Program-made: the position numbers and the translations under genes
DNA from: Basidiobolus meristosporus CBS 931.73
Taxonomy: Eukaryota > Fungi > Basidiobolomycota
Direction: 5' to 3'
NCBI GenBank assembly: GCA_002104905.1
Contig: MCFE01000079.1
Coordinates: 62,001-126,000, forward strand
Length of the DNA: 64,000 nt
In this document: positions 1 to 13,199 of the stretch, piece by piece
Numbering within the stretch: position 1 is the first letter of the stretch
Layout: each line of letters opens with the position of its first letter
Notes under the pieces: model-generated
The model's input: the letters and a program-made list of their open reading frames with translations, nothing else
What the model was told of the DNA's origin: nothing
The model's database searches: none

Positions 1-190
1 TCCTGATGTAGGTTGTAGCTGATGACTCATTTGATTGCACCAGCATTGCTCAATAAGATCCTGCTTAATATATCCATTTCTGTCTGATAGGATCTACTGA
101 TTCATTTGCGGACTAATGCTACTGATTTGATAGATAACACTGATTTACTGATAGGCTAAATATATAACTAATTGATTTAACTAAAATGCA
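1..190 (-). repeat. Partial LTR, family A (Ty3/gypsy)
   Basis: Matches the internal part of the LTRs at 4587-4942 and 16731-17100 (gatgactcatttgattgca...gataacactgat...). Cut by the window edge; the right terminus is degenerate. Confidence 0.75.
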
Positions 191-3100
191 GAATGATACC
201 AAATAGTCCAATATTTCAACAGTTGCAATGATACATTTATACTTTTTGCAGAGCTATGTAAATATAACTATTTGGTCAATATAAGGCAGTCTTAGAAGTA
301 CATGTGTCAAGTTTCTGCTCATTTAGACAAGTTTTGGATTTACAGATGATTCTGTACTGTACTAATCCCAAATAGTTAGCAAATATCTCACAAACTAATA
401 TCTAAATTAATATTCTTTTATGTGCCACCTTGACTGAGTGCTTGTTCATAAATACTATTCATTAGGTGGGCTACTAACTATTTCAGCACTCTTGCTCACA
501 TAATATGTTTATATGCTTATAAGCTTGCTGTGATGTTGTGTATTTTTAGGTTAAAATTAAACAGGCAATTGACTATTAAACCTATTGGACTAAGACATTT
601 TCCAATATATGTTAGGGATTGTATAGTATATGTAATAGTTAAGTATAAGCCTGTACTATTGATTATATACTTCAGATCAAATTACTTTGAGTGTGAATCC
701 TGATTTCATTATATAATATCAGTGGATGAGTATCATCCATTCAGGTGGAGCAAAATTTCAGAGATACTTATCATATCCTGTCATACTTCCTACCATTAGG
801 TAACTGCACTCTCAGGCTTTCTACAGCTTCTTATTCAGACATAATTGGCCCATGGTTGGCAAAGCTTGGATGTAATTTCTCTACGGTAGATCTTGAATAT
901 CCACAGTTGCAGTACATAGTGTATTCCACTTAGACTCTTCTTCATTTACCCATAACTGAATTGGGATAAGAATTTTTTTATATTTTCCATACAGCATCTG
1001 TTGGGGCCAATACTGTGCAGCTTTATGATAGCCTTATTCTTCTCTGGTTGACCTGATGTTCTAGTTTCAGAATAGTACTTTGAATGATATTTAGCCTATG
1101 TATTCTTTATCTCTGATTTGTTATATTAAACTAACTCCACCATACTGTGCCCATGTGTTCACCACAGTGGTAGTGTACAAGTACAAGGGAGAGATATGTC
1201 CATCACTTTGCAAGTGTTTTGAGTGTAGGGTTAAATACTATAGGCATGTCTAAGTATTCCTAAGAGGGAGTTTGCATCAAGGTTGTGAATATTTCCATGG
1301 GAATGGTGCAGCCAAAACTCATAGCCAGGTAGCAATAAAGTCCATAGCTAGTTTTAAATGATGTGTTAGAGATATCTTCAGGTTTCATCCCAATCTGGTT
1401 GAAACATGACATGAGGTCAATGTTGTTAAGTATGGTGAAACCATTAAGTAGGTTCAAAACCACATTGATCCAAGGTATGAAGTAATAAAATGTTATGGTA
1501 ATTAGGCCCAGGGGTTTGTAGTCAATGCATATCAAAAGTGCTCCATCCTTTTACTTTGCAACAAGCACTGGTATACCCCATGGTTACTTGCTGGGTTCAG
1601 CATATCTTTGCTCCATTGACTGATCAACCTATTGATTGATTGCTTCCAATCCCAACTGACTCATTTGGCAGGCTGACTTGCTTATAGGAGGACTATTCCA
1701 TGTGTCAACAGCGTGATTGGCTTTTTTGACTGATGCAAGACCTACTAGCCCATCCAGATACAGATCTGTATACTCCTTCAAAAGAGTCTGGAATTTCTGT
1801 GAAGCTGAGGCAGCAAGATCCCCCTGAGATACCACTGTGGGAGACAGTGAAATACCCTTTCTAAGTCCTCTGCAGTACTACACCTTGCTAACCTCACTTG
1901 TGCCATGTACACCAGAACTGGCCAGGCTAGAAAGTATCCTTGTTGATGGTGGCTTATAAGTCTGATTGCCTCTTTTGATCCAAGTGGCCTAGGGACTCCA
2001 GTTGATTGATGGATAACAGCAGAATAGCTATGTTTTTTCAAGTTACATAGTTATGTAGGCCTGTAGAGTTTCTGTATGTTCATTGAATTTCACTCTGACT
2101 GGCTGAGTAATATAGCTGATTGTGTAAGTGCCACCATTGGCTACATTACACTTTTTGACTTTGTGGGCTCTGAGTTGATTTCAGCTCTCAAGGCACATTG
2201 ATCTGGAATATACTTGTGTAAGGCTCCAGAATCAAACATAATCTTGGCATGTACTCTATTGATTAATCTATCCAAGTATACCAGCTTCTCTAAGATTGAG
2301 GTCATTTGGGATCAGTATTCTGCTATCATACAGAAGGTGAGTTCCAAGTATGTTTCTATACTCAAGGGCTTCAATGTGTTGAGGGTTCTTGTTGACTGCT
2401 GTCATTTCTTCTCTGAGGGCATTTCTTTGATATGTGCACATGATGATGGCAATTAAAGCATAGTCCTTTGTTTATACATTCTGCCAAGGACAGTTTCTTC
2501 TGAATTGCATCTATTTCTACTGATACTGCTTCTGATTAGCTTCTTTCATAGTGTTTGTAGTCAGTCACTGAGGTTTTCCAATTCCAGGTATAGTTGAGCC
2601 ATGGTCAATAGCAAACCAATGGCTTCTTTTGTAGTCTGATACTTCATGATTCAGTTCCTTGTAAGCTCTTTTCTTTAGCCTATCAACTGATTGTTTAGTA
2701 AGATCATGGGGTTTGGTTTTTTCAATTTGGTCAAGTGGCAATTGTTACTTGTAGATGTATACTTGAACCATTCCTTTCTATTTGAGTGTCTTCAGATCCC
2801 TCCTTATTGGTTTCTACTAATGTGGAAAACTAATGGCATTATGAATTTTGAACATAAGCTGATCCCAGGTAGAGATAGTACAATGACCATTATCCTGGCC
2901 AACCAGATCTTATTGTAAATCCACTTTTAAGCTGCATCTGCCAAGTAAGGATCTGCATAATGCAACTTTTTTCTGGGCCAATTCCTTTATCCTAAAAAGC
3001 CCTTTGACTTGAAAAAGACAAGTACTTGGGTTTTCATTTAGTTTACCATGGTGCCACCTATCTTTGACATTAAAGTTACTCTAGACAAGGCTTAGCTGGC

Positions 3101-3281
3101 TCTGGGCCATTGTGATCATACACAGATGCTGCAGGCTGGAGATTAGCAGTAGTTGTGGCTGTTGGGCTTGGAGTTGTTGTGTGGCATTGTTTCATTGTTA
3201 TTTTCTTAACATCTTGAGGGGGGCCTTGACTTTCTTCAGAAGGGGATTTTTGATTTTTGCTGCTACCTATGTAACCAGTCT
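191..3281 (-). mobile_element. Decayed Ty3/gypsy internal region (gag, protease, RT remnants)
   Basis: RT fragments on the minus strand: MICIDYKPL...KPEDISNTSFKTSYGLYCYLAMSFG (1260-1535) and LLKEYTDLYLDGLVGL...NHAVDT (1629-1835). Many stops. Lies next to LTR-A at 3282. Confidence 0.8.
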
Positions 3282-3552
3282 TGTTACAAGATTTGTAGCA
3301 GCATGGAGAGTTTAGCTAGTGTTGTATTATTAAGTGCAGCTTGTGGCTGATGACTCATTCAAATACAATACTGTCACCCAACTATAGTTCATATATCATA
3401 GGTACATCTATTTCATAAGGATCTGTAGCTGATCAACTCACTTATAATACTGATTTGATAGACAACACTGATGTAATGTCAGGGTAATTATAAAACCACC
3501 TGATTTGACTAAAAGCTGTTCCCAGTCATACATTCACATGACAGACCATACT
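3282..3552 (-). repeat. LTR family A (internally deleted), probable 5' LTR of the element to its left
   Basis: Begins tgttacaag like the other A copies and shares the gatgactca and gatagacaacactgat blocks. Right end approximate. Confidence 0.65.
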
Positions 3553-4577
3553 GTGAGTATCTAGCAACATTTTTGATTGATGTGTTCTTTAGGAAAAGTC
3601 ATAAACAGCTGGCTGATGGCAAAGAGGCAACAGAGTGTTGCATGCACTTACTTCAAGGCTGGTAAATAATGACACCATTGCAAACTCAAGCTGATCTGCC
3701 AGATCAATCTGCAACTTTGTGGCACAATCTGGAATAGTAATCTCCGCAATGGTACCAACGGTGGACATAGGTACTGGAAATTATGCTCAATCCTATTTAT
3801 ATTGCACAGCACAGTGCTTTTCCTGCCATATTTACTCATTATAATGCTTCACAAACTGTCCTCTTAGTGAATATTGTTTTGTATGAGTCTACTAGGCATG
3901 GATAGACTGGTTCCATTGAGTCATGCCAGTGTATGCTGTACAGTAAATGCTTATTAGTAATAAGTCAACACAACATTGTAGCTGTCAGTAAGCAGGGTTG
4001 CTCTTGGACTGTTTGGCACTATTGAGGACAATCTTGCACACTATGGTATTGTGAGGTTGGCACTGAGGATTGCCCAAACTTTTAATGCTTGAATCATGTG
4101 CATTATTGGATACCACTATTATGGTTGGAAACTCCAGTATTTGGGTATGCTGCTTCAATGTAGATGGAATTAAATGTGTAACAGACTATACATTATACTG
4201 ATAATTATAACTTTGGTTAGCATCACTCCAATTGGATAGTTTTATAGTTATTGATTGGTCTAAAAGAATCCCAAATATGTGAGCTTCCAATAGGCTCATT
4301 GACTAATGCACAAGCTACCTGAGTTGTCATCAAATATCACATTCTGCCTATTCAGCAAGCAAATCTGTGAATTGTGTGATTGGACAAGATATCACATCTA
4401 GCACACAACCAATTTGGGAACATGTAAAACTATTCAAATACCTGCACTGGTTTTACAGATGATGTATAATTAGATTGGATGCTTGACTTGGGGGTTATGC
4501 CTCAGTTTGCAGACAACCTTGATATTGCTTATATCTGAGGTTTTGAGTTGACTGGAGTGCAATAATTTGATTTGGGT
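3553..4577 (+). mobile_element. Highly decayed Ty3/gypsy integrase remnant
   Basis: Conceptual fragments DSFIVIDWSKRIP (about 4235) and FTDDV*LDW (about 4455) resemble the integrase motifs D.ILVIVDRFSK and Q.DW. Confidence 0.45.
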
Positions 4578-5304
4578 TCTTACAAGTGTTACAAGTCTTG
4601 GTATTAGAGTTGTAGAGGAATAGGGAGTTTAGCTAGTATTGTATTCACTAAAACTTGAACTGATTTTTATTGAGGTTCCAGCAGCTCCTTATATACATTT
4701 TGCCAGATCAATTGCTGACTAATTGTATTTCCTAATGTAGGTTGTGGCTGATGACTCATTTGATTGCATCATCATGACCCAATAAGATCTTACTTAATAT
4801 ATCTATTTCTGTCTGATAAAGATCTGCTGACTAATGCTACTGATTTCATAGATAATACTGATATGCTGATAGCCTAAGCATATACTAATTGATTTGACTA
4901 AAAACTGATCTAACTTAAACATTCAAGCGGCAGATCATAACACAAGTCTTGATATAGGAGTTGTAGAGGAATAAGGAGTTTAGCTTATAGTGTACTTGCT
5001 AAAACATGTTCTGATTTTTATTGAGATTCCAGCAACTGCTTATATACATTTTGCCAGATCAATTGCTGTCTAGTTGTATTTTGAAATGTGAGTTACAGCT
5101 CATAACTCACTTGATTGCATAATCATTACCCAATTAGATCCTACTTAATAGATCCATTTCTGACTGATAAGGATCTGCTGATTCATTTGGTGACTAATAC
5201 TACCAATGTGATGGATGCCACTGATATACAATAGGATGAGCTTAAAGCTAGTTGTTTGACCAATGACTAATGTTACTTGAGCATTTGAGCAGTGGATCAT
5301 AGCA
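4578..5304 (-). repeat. LTR family A (3' LTR of a minus-strand gypsy element) interrupted by a second A LTR
   Basis: The outer LTR starts t(c)ttacaag at 4578, resumes at 4947 and ends gatcatagca at 5304. A purine-rich PPT (minus strand CAGGGGAGAA) is adjacent at 5305-5314. Confidence 0.7.
4587..4942 (-). repeat. Solo LTR family A with 4-bp TSD CAAG
   Basis: TGTTACAAG...GATCATAACA flanked by CAAG at 4583-4586 and 4943-4946. Confidence 0.85.
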
Positions 5305-6645
5305 TTCTCCCCTGCTGGGGCTGACAGGGTACTCCAAAGTCTCTTTTCTTGTGATTTCAATATTTAGCCTGTTCAGTATTTGTCATTATGTCTAATATGC
5401 TTGAGTCACTCTATGCACTAGAGCTTTCAGATATTCCATTACTTGACCACTACCTGGTGAGTTGCAAATGGACACTCTCTGATGATCTTATGTGGTCTTG
5501 TCCACTGTGGCTCAAGCTTCTTGCAAGTGTTGTTTCTCAGCAGTAGAGTTTGCAACTGTCAATGCTTTTGGTGATTTTGTCTCATCAGATATCTGCTTCA
5601 TCTTTTTGTTGCTTTGAGACACTTTTTGCCTGTGCCTCTTGGTTGATCCGCACTGTTTTTCCCAGGGCAGAAGAAATCTCCAAATCAAATTGCTGAATGT
5701 ATTCACTCCATCTGGTGGTTCTTCTAAATATTACCTTGCATGTAAACATACTTCTGAGTGAGGCATGATCAGTTTGCACACTTCAAACAGTGTATTATAG
5801 CAAGCATCTCCTTCTGCTATACTTGTAAAGGACTTGACAAATCTTCAATAATAGGAAACCATTACAAGGAATGATGTTAGTTCTGATATTGTGTAGGGCT
5901 ACTTCTGATTCTTGATGACTTCAGCATTCTTGAGGTCTAAGTTCAATCTTGTGCTAGTCACTATGTGTCCCAGGTATTCAAAATGTTCCTTGAAGAAGTT
6001 ACACTCTGCTAGCTTGCCATGTAGCTTGTTCCCTCTTAGCATCTTCAGGATCTTTTCATTGTGCACCAAATGGTCATCTTCTGTCTTGCTGTATATCAGT
6101 ATGTAATCTAGGTAGAATACCACAGACTTTTCTAAGTACTCCTGGAAGATGATTTGCATCAAGGTCATGAATGATGCAGGGGCATTGGTGAGGCCACAAC
6201 TCATGAGCAAGTACTTGTAGTATCTATATCTGGTCCTTAAAGCCATCATTGGGATGTCTTCTGGTTTCACCATCATCTAGTTGTATCCAGGAATGAGGTC
6301 AATCTTGCTGTATATGGTGGCTCCATTGAACTGGTCCAAAAGCTCATCACTCTAGTGTATAGGGTACTTGATCTTCTGGGTAACTGAGTTGAGGGCTCTG
6401 TAGTAGATGCACATGATAGGTGTTCCATCCTCCTTTTTCACAAAAAGCGCTGTGGCTCCTCAAGGAGACTTGTGTGGTCTAATAGATCCTTTCTCCAATG
6501 ACTGATCTCTTTGTCTCTTGTTCTATTCCAATTCCAATGGACTCAGTCTGTAAGGCTTCTTGCTCATCAGAGGGCAATATCCCAAGTCAATTGCATGACC
6601 TATAAATCTGATTGATGGTAGGCTTACTAATATGCCAGGAAACTT
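5305..6645 (-). mobile_element. Ty3/gypsy pol remnant (RT and RNase H)
   Basis: KPEDIPMMALRTRYRYYKYLLMSCGLTNAPASFMTLM...YLDYILIYS (5899-6276) and TDHASLR...RWSEYIQQFDLEI (5585-5779). Confidence 0.88.
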
Positions 6646-9600
6646 TTAATATATAGGACTAGTGGGTGGCATTCAGCAGTTTTGAACTCACTTAATAATT
6701 CTGGACTACTCTTGATCACTGCAGCACTAACCTACATCCTATCTTTGCCGCCATTTTCACAACTATGATCCTATGATTATTCCCTCATAGTCAAGATCAA
6801 ACTAGCACCGTTACCAAGCATTATGTACTAACCCTGAACCAGTTGCAGAATGCTCCTAAATGTTGAAAAACCCTCCTTACTTAGTTTTAAAATTGTATTA
6901 CATCTACAAAGGTATAAATACTGAGCTTCTTACAGATGAATAGCAATTCAACTATTATCACTATTTCTTGTTAAGTTCCTTATGTCCAAATTGCTCCTTG
7001 AATTGCTAAAGGTTATGAGCCCTAACTGCCTTATTCAATCCTAAATATGACATCTATCAGCAATTAGAACAATACAAACATCTTCCCTCTAAAGGAGAGG
7101 CTTAATGAGAAAAACTAAAAACTATGGAGAATCAATATGCAGATCCACCTGAGAAAAGAAAGCTGTAGATAATGGTAACAGAAAAGGCACTTGTGCCCAA
7201 AGGAATTGCAAAAGAGGTGGAGAAGTCTCAAGTGAGGGACAGAAAGGCCTTCAATGCCATCTGTAGCAATGTTCAAGATTCCTTAACTGGACAAATTCAT
7301 GCTTCCAACCCTTACATAGCAGCATTGTATACATTGGAGAAGATGCTTAGAACAAAGTCAGTGCCAAGCAAGCTTTAGTAATCAAAAGTTTTTCAAGACA
7401 AGAAAGAAGTCAGATGATGACTAAGCTACAGTTCATAACCATAGATGGAGATACTTGCAGAAACACTTTACAGTGTTTATGCTGGTAAATGATGAGAAAA
7501 ATATACTCTATTTGCTTTGCAGCTTATCAGGGGAGTATGAGCCACTCATATATTTTTTGAAAGCAGAGAAGACAATTTGAATTTAGCATGGGACAAGCAA
7601 AGAGATCTCCATTCAGAACTCAGATGCAATGATGAAATAGAGAAAATGTAACAGAATGCTGTATTCAGCTTAGAAAGGCACACAAAATGGAAGGGAAAGC
7701 AACAAAACCAAAGAAATCCTGGTTACTGTAACTATTGTAAGAAGCCAGGACACTGGGCAAGAGAATGCAAGAAAAAATAAGCAGATAAAAAGCACAAACT
7801 GGAGCAGGCAAACCATCAAACCACTGATGAACAATTTTTTGTAACTGTACAAGGGAGTGCAAGTACTAATTTAATGAAAGATACATTGACTCTGGAGCAT
7901 CAAAGCATATGTGCAGTATGAAGGAGTAGTTCAGCTACTTAAATGCTATTGCTGCAAGAAAGGTTATCTGTGAGACAACTCTGAACTAGAAGCTACCACC
8001 AGTGGTTCTATGCAGCTAAATATGAGTGATATTTCAGGAGCAACAGCACAAAAACTGACTAATGCACTCTTTGTGCCTGGAATAGATAAGAAACTACTCT
8101 CAGTCAGCAAAGCAACTACTCAGGTACTGAAATTTTTTTTACTAGGCTGAGCTGCATTATATTGAGTGAAAACAGACAAAAACTAGCTTTGCAAGCCAGA
8201 TATCACAATACATATAAGTTACAATGCAAGGTCATGGTACTTAGGTATGTCAACATTGCTCAAACTGATGAAACTAGCTGGCAGATGTGTCATAAGAGGC
8301 TGGGACATATTGGGCAACAGAAAATGAGCTAACTGGTGAAAAATCAACTAGCTTTGGGCCTAAATTTCTTAATTCTGATTGAATTGAATGTCTGTCAGGG
8401 TTGTACATATGGCAAACAAGCTGGGCAACATTTTAGAAGCTCAGGAGGCATCAACTACACCAAAATGTTGGCTATTGTTCCCTCAGATATATATGAATCC
8501 ATGAGAACACTATCCTTTGGAACTAAGAGATACTTTTTGGCATTTGTTGATGACAAGACAAGATATACATGGGTGTACTTCCTCAAGACAAAGGATGAGG
8601 CTTTGAGATGCTTAAGCACATCAAGAGTAGGCAGAAACACAAACTGGGTCTACATGGAAGATACTTTGAGCTGCAAATGAGGGGGAATACTGCTCAAAGG
8701 TGCTTGCAAAATACCGCTCATCTACTGCTATATCTCAACAGACCACTGTTTACATGCCTTCTAGCAAAATGGAGTAGTAGAATATGTAAATAAAACAATA
8801 GTGGGGATGAGAAGATTTATGCTTCATGATAAGGGAATAGACTACAGGTTTTTGGCCAAATCTGTTGCTACCATGGTATACATCCAGAATAGATACTAAA
8901 CAACAGCCCTACATGATTCTACACTCTTTGAAGCAATTACTGGCAAAAAACTGGATCTCCAGCATCTCAGGATCTTTGGTAGTGATAATTTTTATCACCT
9001 CCCTAACAAAATATCCTCAAAGTTGGATACAAAGAGCAGAAAAGGAATTTTGTTGGGTATTGTAAAGATACTGAAGGGTACACAGTTTATGGTGGCAAAA
9101 TTCAGAAGCCACTCAAGAGCAGGGATATTGAACTGCAGGAGAATTCAAGTCTGAGAGCCACTGAAGTCATTGGCCTGCTGCCCAAGAGTGCTATCAACAC
9201 TAATGAAAGAGATAATACCTAATTCAGCCAGACATGGAGAAAAACTCTTCCATCTTCAATTCAGAGCAAAATATCACAGCCAGGAGAGCTACCAGAATCA
9301 GAAATGCTCATGGTTCCTGATGGTGGACACTCAATCATCATGAAGAAGCTTATCTTGTCTGATATGCCAACCTCAGAATTTGTTGCAAGCAATGCAAATT
9401 CCAGATGCTACCCATGTGGCAACAAGCCATGCAGGAGGAGTACTAGTCACTGATCAGGGCAAACATGTGAGAGCTGGTAAATGTATCAAATGGGAGAAAG
9501 CCAATAGGTTGTGGAAGGGTCTAAAAGAACTATAAAACCTCCAATGGTACTGTTGAATAGTACACAGCTAGATTGGTGGCTAGAGGTTATTCCCATATCC

Positions 9601-11042
9601 AGTGACTAGACCTTAAGGATACATATGCACTGATTGCCACATTTAAGTCCATTGGTGAGTTCTAGCCCTGGCAGCTGTACACATTCTAGATCTACACCAA
9701 ATGAACATCAAAACAGCCTTTCTAAAAGGGGATTGTAAGAAACTGTATATTTGGAGCAACCAAAAGGTTTTACTGATCCAAAGGCCCCATAAAGTGTGCA
9801 TACTTAAGAGCTTGTTGTATGGGCTTGAGCAGGCACCTAGAGCATTGTATAACAAGATTGATATATCTCTAGAAGAGATTGGGTATATTTGCAGCACTGC
9901 AGATCATAATTTATATCTGATACAGCTCAAAGAGGAAGGTTCATCTTTTTTCTCTATGTGAATACCCTAACAATGGCTACAAGTGACAAGTAGGCACTTA
10001 AGCATAAGAAATCTGATCTCTTCAGGAAGTTTGACATATAAGATCTTCAGAAATAAAACTATTTTCTTGGAATTGAAGTCAAATTTGACATATCTACTCA
10101 GATAATTGTGCTAGGTAAGTGTAGGTACATTAGGGTTATTCTTAAATGCTGCAACAAGGAAAATTGCAAGCCAGTAGCCATCCCCATAGATGGTAACTGG
10201 AAATTAAGCAAATCTTTACCTGTTTGGGTGACAAAGGCTCAAATATTCACCAAACTTTCCCCACCAATTAATGGTCAGTAGCCTGATGTACTTGATGGTG
10301 TCCGCATGTCCAGATATTGCAGTGGCAGCTGGAATAGTCTGTAAATCTAAGCAAAATTATGGATCAGATCAAATTATAGCAGTGAGGTGGATTTCAGATA
10401 TCTACAAGGTACCAGAAATATGGTACTGGAATACTCTGGAGCAGCTAGTAGGCAAAGATTTGATGGTTATAGTGGTACAGATTAGGGTACAGATCTGATG
10501 GACAGATGCTCTACCACTGGGCTTATATTTCTTCATACTGGTGCAGCTATTATTTGCAATTGCAAGAAACACCCAAATGTAGCCTTATTTACAACTGAAG
10601 CTGAAAATGTGGTTGCTTGTCAAGCATCTAATGAAGCTATATGGAAACAAGATTTATTCAATGACTTAGGTTTTAATTCAAGTGAGCCAACATTTAATTA
10701 CAAGGATTATCAAAGCTGTATTTCACTAGCTTGGAATCCTGCTAACCATGGCAGAAGCACATATATACATAACACCATTTTGTGAGGGAAGCTGTAGAAA
10801 ATAACTTGGTAGAGTAACTTTATTGCCCAACTGACAAAATGGTGGCAATTATATTGAGAAAGCCACTGGCCAGTCCACAATCTGAGAATCTCAGAGAGGA
10901 ATTAGGATTAAAATATTATTTAGGTAGGGGGAGTGTACTAATATTGGACTATTTGGCATCTTTCTGCCGCTGAAGATTTTCTTAACAATTCTACACTAGT
11001 GTTGGTCACTGTAGGACTAATTTACAGCCCTATCTTTGCCAC
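6645..11042 (+). mobile_element. Old, decayed Ty1/copia element (family G)
   Basis: PBS GGTTATGAGCCC at 7011-7022. Gag zinc knuckle CNYCKKPGHWAREC (about 7730). Integrase FLAFVDDKTRYTWVYFLK (8336-8680). RT ..KTAFL.G...LYGLEQAPR (9701-9961). RNase H VALFTTEAE (10498-10785). PPT AGGTAGGGGGAG followed by an LTR from 10934 that is only loosely similar to about 6645-6770. Ends approximate. Confidence 0.85.
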
Positions 11043-11044
11043 TA

Positions 11045-11700
11045 TGGGGTACTTATTCTTCATGGTAACTGAGTTGAGAGCTCTGTAGTCAATGCATATG
11101 CTGAGTGTTACATCCTTCTATTTCACAAAGAGTACTGGTGCTCCCCAAGGTGACTTGCTGATTTTATATACGCTTGCTCCAATAACTGAACTATTTGTCT
11201 CTTCATCACTTCCAACTCCAATGGACTCATTCTGTAAGGTGTCTTACTCACTGGAGGGCTATCTCCTGTGACAATGGCATGATCCACATTTCTGGCTGGT
11301 GGTAGGCTTACAAGGTCATCTGGAAATACATCTGAATACTGCTTCAAGAGAGTCTGAACCTTCTGGGGTACTGGAGTAGAGGAATCCTGCTGTAATACTG
11401 CCATGAAGAACATCTGTATGCCTTTTGTAAGTGCTCTACAGAACTGTATCTTGCTAAGTTCACTTGTTTCACACCCACTAGTACTATCCAGGATGAAATC
11501 CAGTCTGGCTTGTAGGTCTTGGTGTCTTTTTAGATCTGGGTGGCATGGGTTCTCCAGTTGACAGATGGATTCCAATGGAATAGACATGTTTTCTCAGGTA
11601 CAAGGACAATTTTGCAGTTGCCTGATTCATAGGCCTGTTGGTCTTCTACATAGTCACTGATCTTCATTCTTACTTGCCAAGTAATATGGCTGATGATGTG
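11045..11700 (-). mobile_element. Ty3/gypsy protease-RT junction fragment
   Basis: LLKQYSDVFPDDLVSLPPARNVDHAI...KTPYRMSPLELE (ORF 11123-11587), followed by CIDYRALN-like sequence. Confidence 0.85.
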
Positions 11701-12221
11701 AGAGTTACCATCAGCCTGTTAAGACTGAAGCTGGTTTAGTGGGTTTCAAGTTGATTCCAGCTTTCAAGACAAATTGCTCTGATATATACTGCAAGTGATG
11801 CTCATGAGTCAAATACAATATTAGTGAGCACTCAGTTGACTACTGTATTCAAGAATTATAGCTTTCCTGGGTTTGAGATAATATGGGATAAGGACTCTGT
11901 TGTGTTAAATTGTGATTAGTTTGGGGCTTATTCTACCACACAGAGGCTAATCAACAATATACAAAAACTTTCAGTATGCTAATACTGAAATAGTTTATTG
12001 GGAGTTTGATATACTGATAGAAGATATAACTTTCACTGATATCCTCAATCTTAAGCTCAAAATATGCTATAGGCAGTGTTTCTCACTTCTACAGCAGTGT
12101 TCTGGCCTTCTGTTGACTAATAGGCTTATTTACTTCTATGGTAGATTTTCCTTATTTGGAAGTCACTTAACTTTCTGTGAAGATATTCCCTAATATGGAA
12201 ATTCTGAGCTCCCCTTTAACT

Positions 12222-12435
12222 TAAAGGGGTGTATGGTAGAAGTCTCTAAAGAGGTCTTTCGGCATATAGGGGTGTCTAAAGGGGTGTCTTTAGAGTACAG
12301 GGACTTCTTGTAGTGGTCTCTAGAGTGGACTTTGCACTAAAGGGGTGCCTAGAGGGGCTTCTTCAGAGTAAAGGGGTTTCTTGAAGGGGTCTCTAAAGAG
12401 GTGTCTTTAGAGTAAAGGGGCTTCTTAGAGGGGAC
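12222..12435. repeat. Degenerate tandem repeat of short (about 12-15 nt) units rich in GGGG runs
   Basis: Recurrent aaaggggtgtct, tttagagtaaagggg and cttcttagagggg units. GGGG at 12342, 12354, 12373, 12386, 12417 and 12430, among others. Confidence 0.7.
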
Positions 12436-13199
12436 TTTTCCAACAGAAAAGTGGTAGTTTCTTGTAGAACTTAGATGGATTCTTGTGAACTTTGCAGTCT
12501 CTTTACTGATATAGCACAAATCAAAGTCAGAATACTCAACAGTGCAAGTGATGCAGGGGAAGTATTATAACCTTTAATCTTATAAATGTAATGTGGAGAT
12601 TCTGGAAAGAGAGGCTCTCCTTTATTTTTCAGCTGGGGAAGTCATATATATTATATTTCTTAAGGATCAAAGTTTTTGAGAGATTGCGCAAGCAATACAC
12701 ATGAAACAATGCTGAACTTAGTAGTAGCACAGATTGGACATAGGCGCAGCACCTGTAAAAGTTTAACGTGATTTGATTGGCTGGTTCAAAAGTTACACGC
12801 AAGTCAAAGTCACCAGAGTAATCCTAGCAATAGTTGCCTAGTATATATAATAATTGAACTCTTTTGGTCATAACTCCTTAAGGACTACTTCAAATGAGCT
12901 GTAATTTGAAATATGTGTTGGCTACTGCGTGGTCTGTATGACATATTATTCTTGGGTAGATTGTTTCTCAGAGTCTGGATTATTTGTCCGTTAAAGTTGA
13001 ATTTCTTGATCTTTCACTTGTGTGTTACAATAGCAAAAAGCAAAATAAAGAAATGAGTGCAATATTGGTTTTGAGAGATTGTAGTAATGGAATACTTTCC
13101 ATTACCGCAACTCTGGCATACAGAAGGTGGGTACTGAGTCTTCCTCAAGTGCATCCTCCACATTACTATGCTCAAGGGCATCAATGTGGCTTAGGGCTC

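Noticed and set aside
11969-11990. Perfect 9-bp hairpin TTTCAGTAT-GCTA-ATACTGAAA as a Helitron end or terminator
   Set aside because: AT-rich, with no properly placed CTRR end and no Rep/helicase remnant; such a hairpin is plausible by chance.
12222-12435. CRISPR-like array
   Set aside because: Eukaryotic context, degenerate abutting units, no unique spacers and no cas genes.
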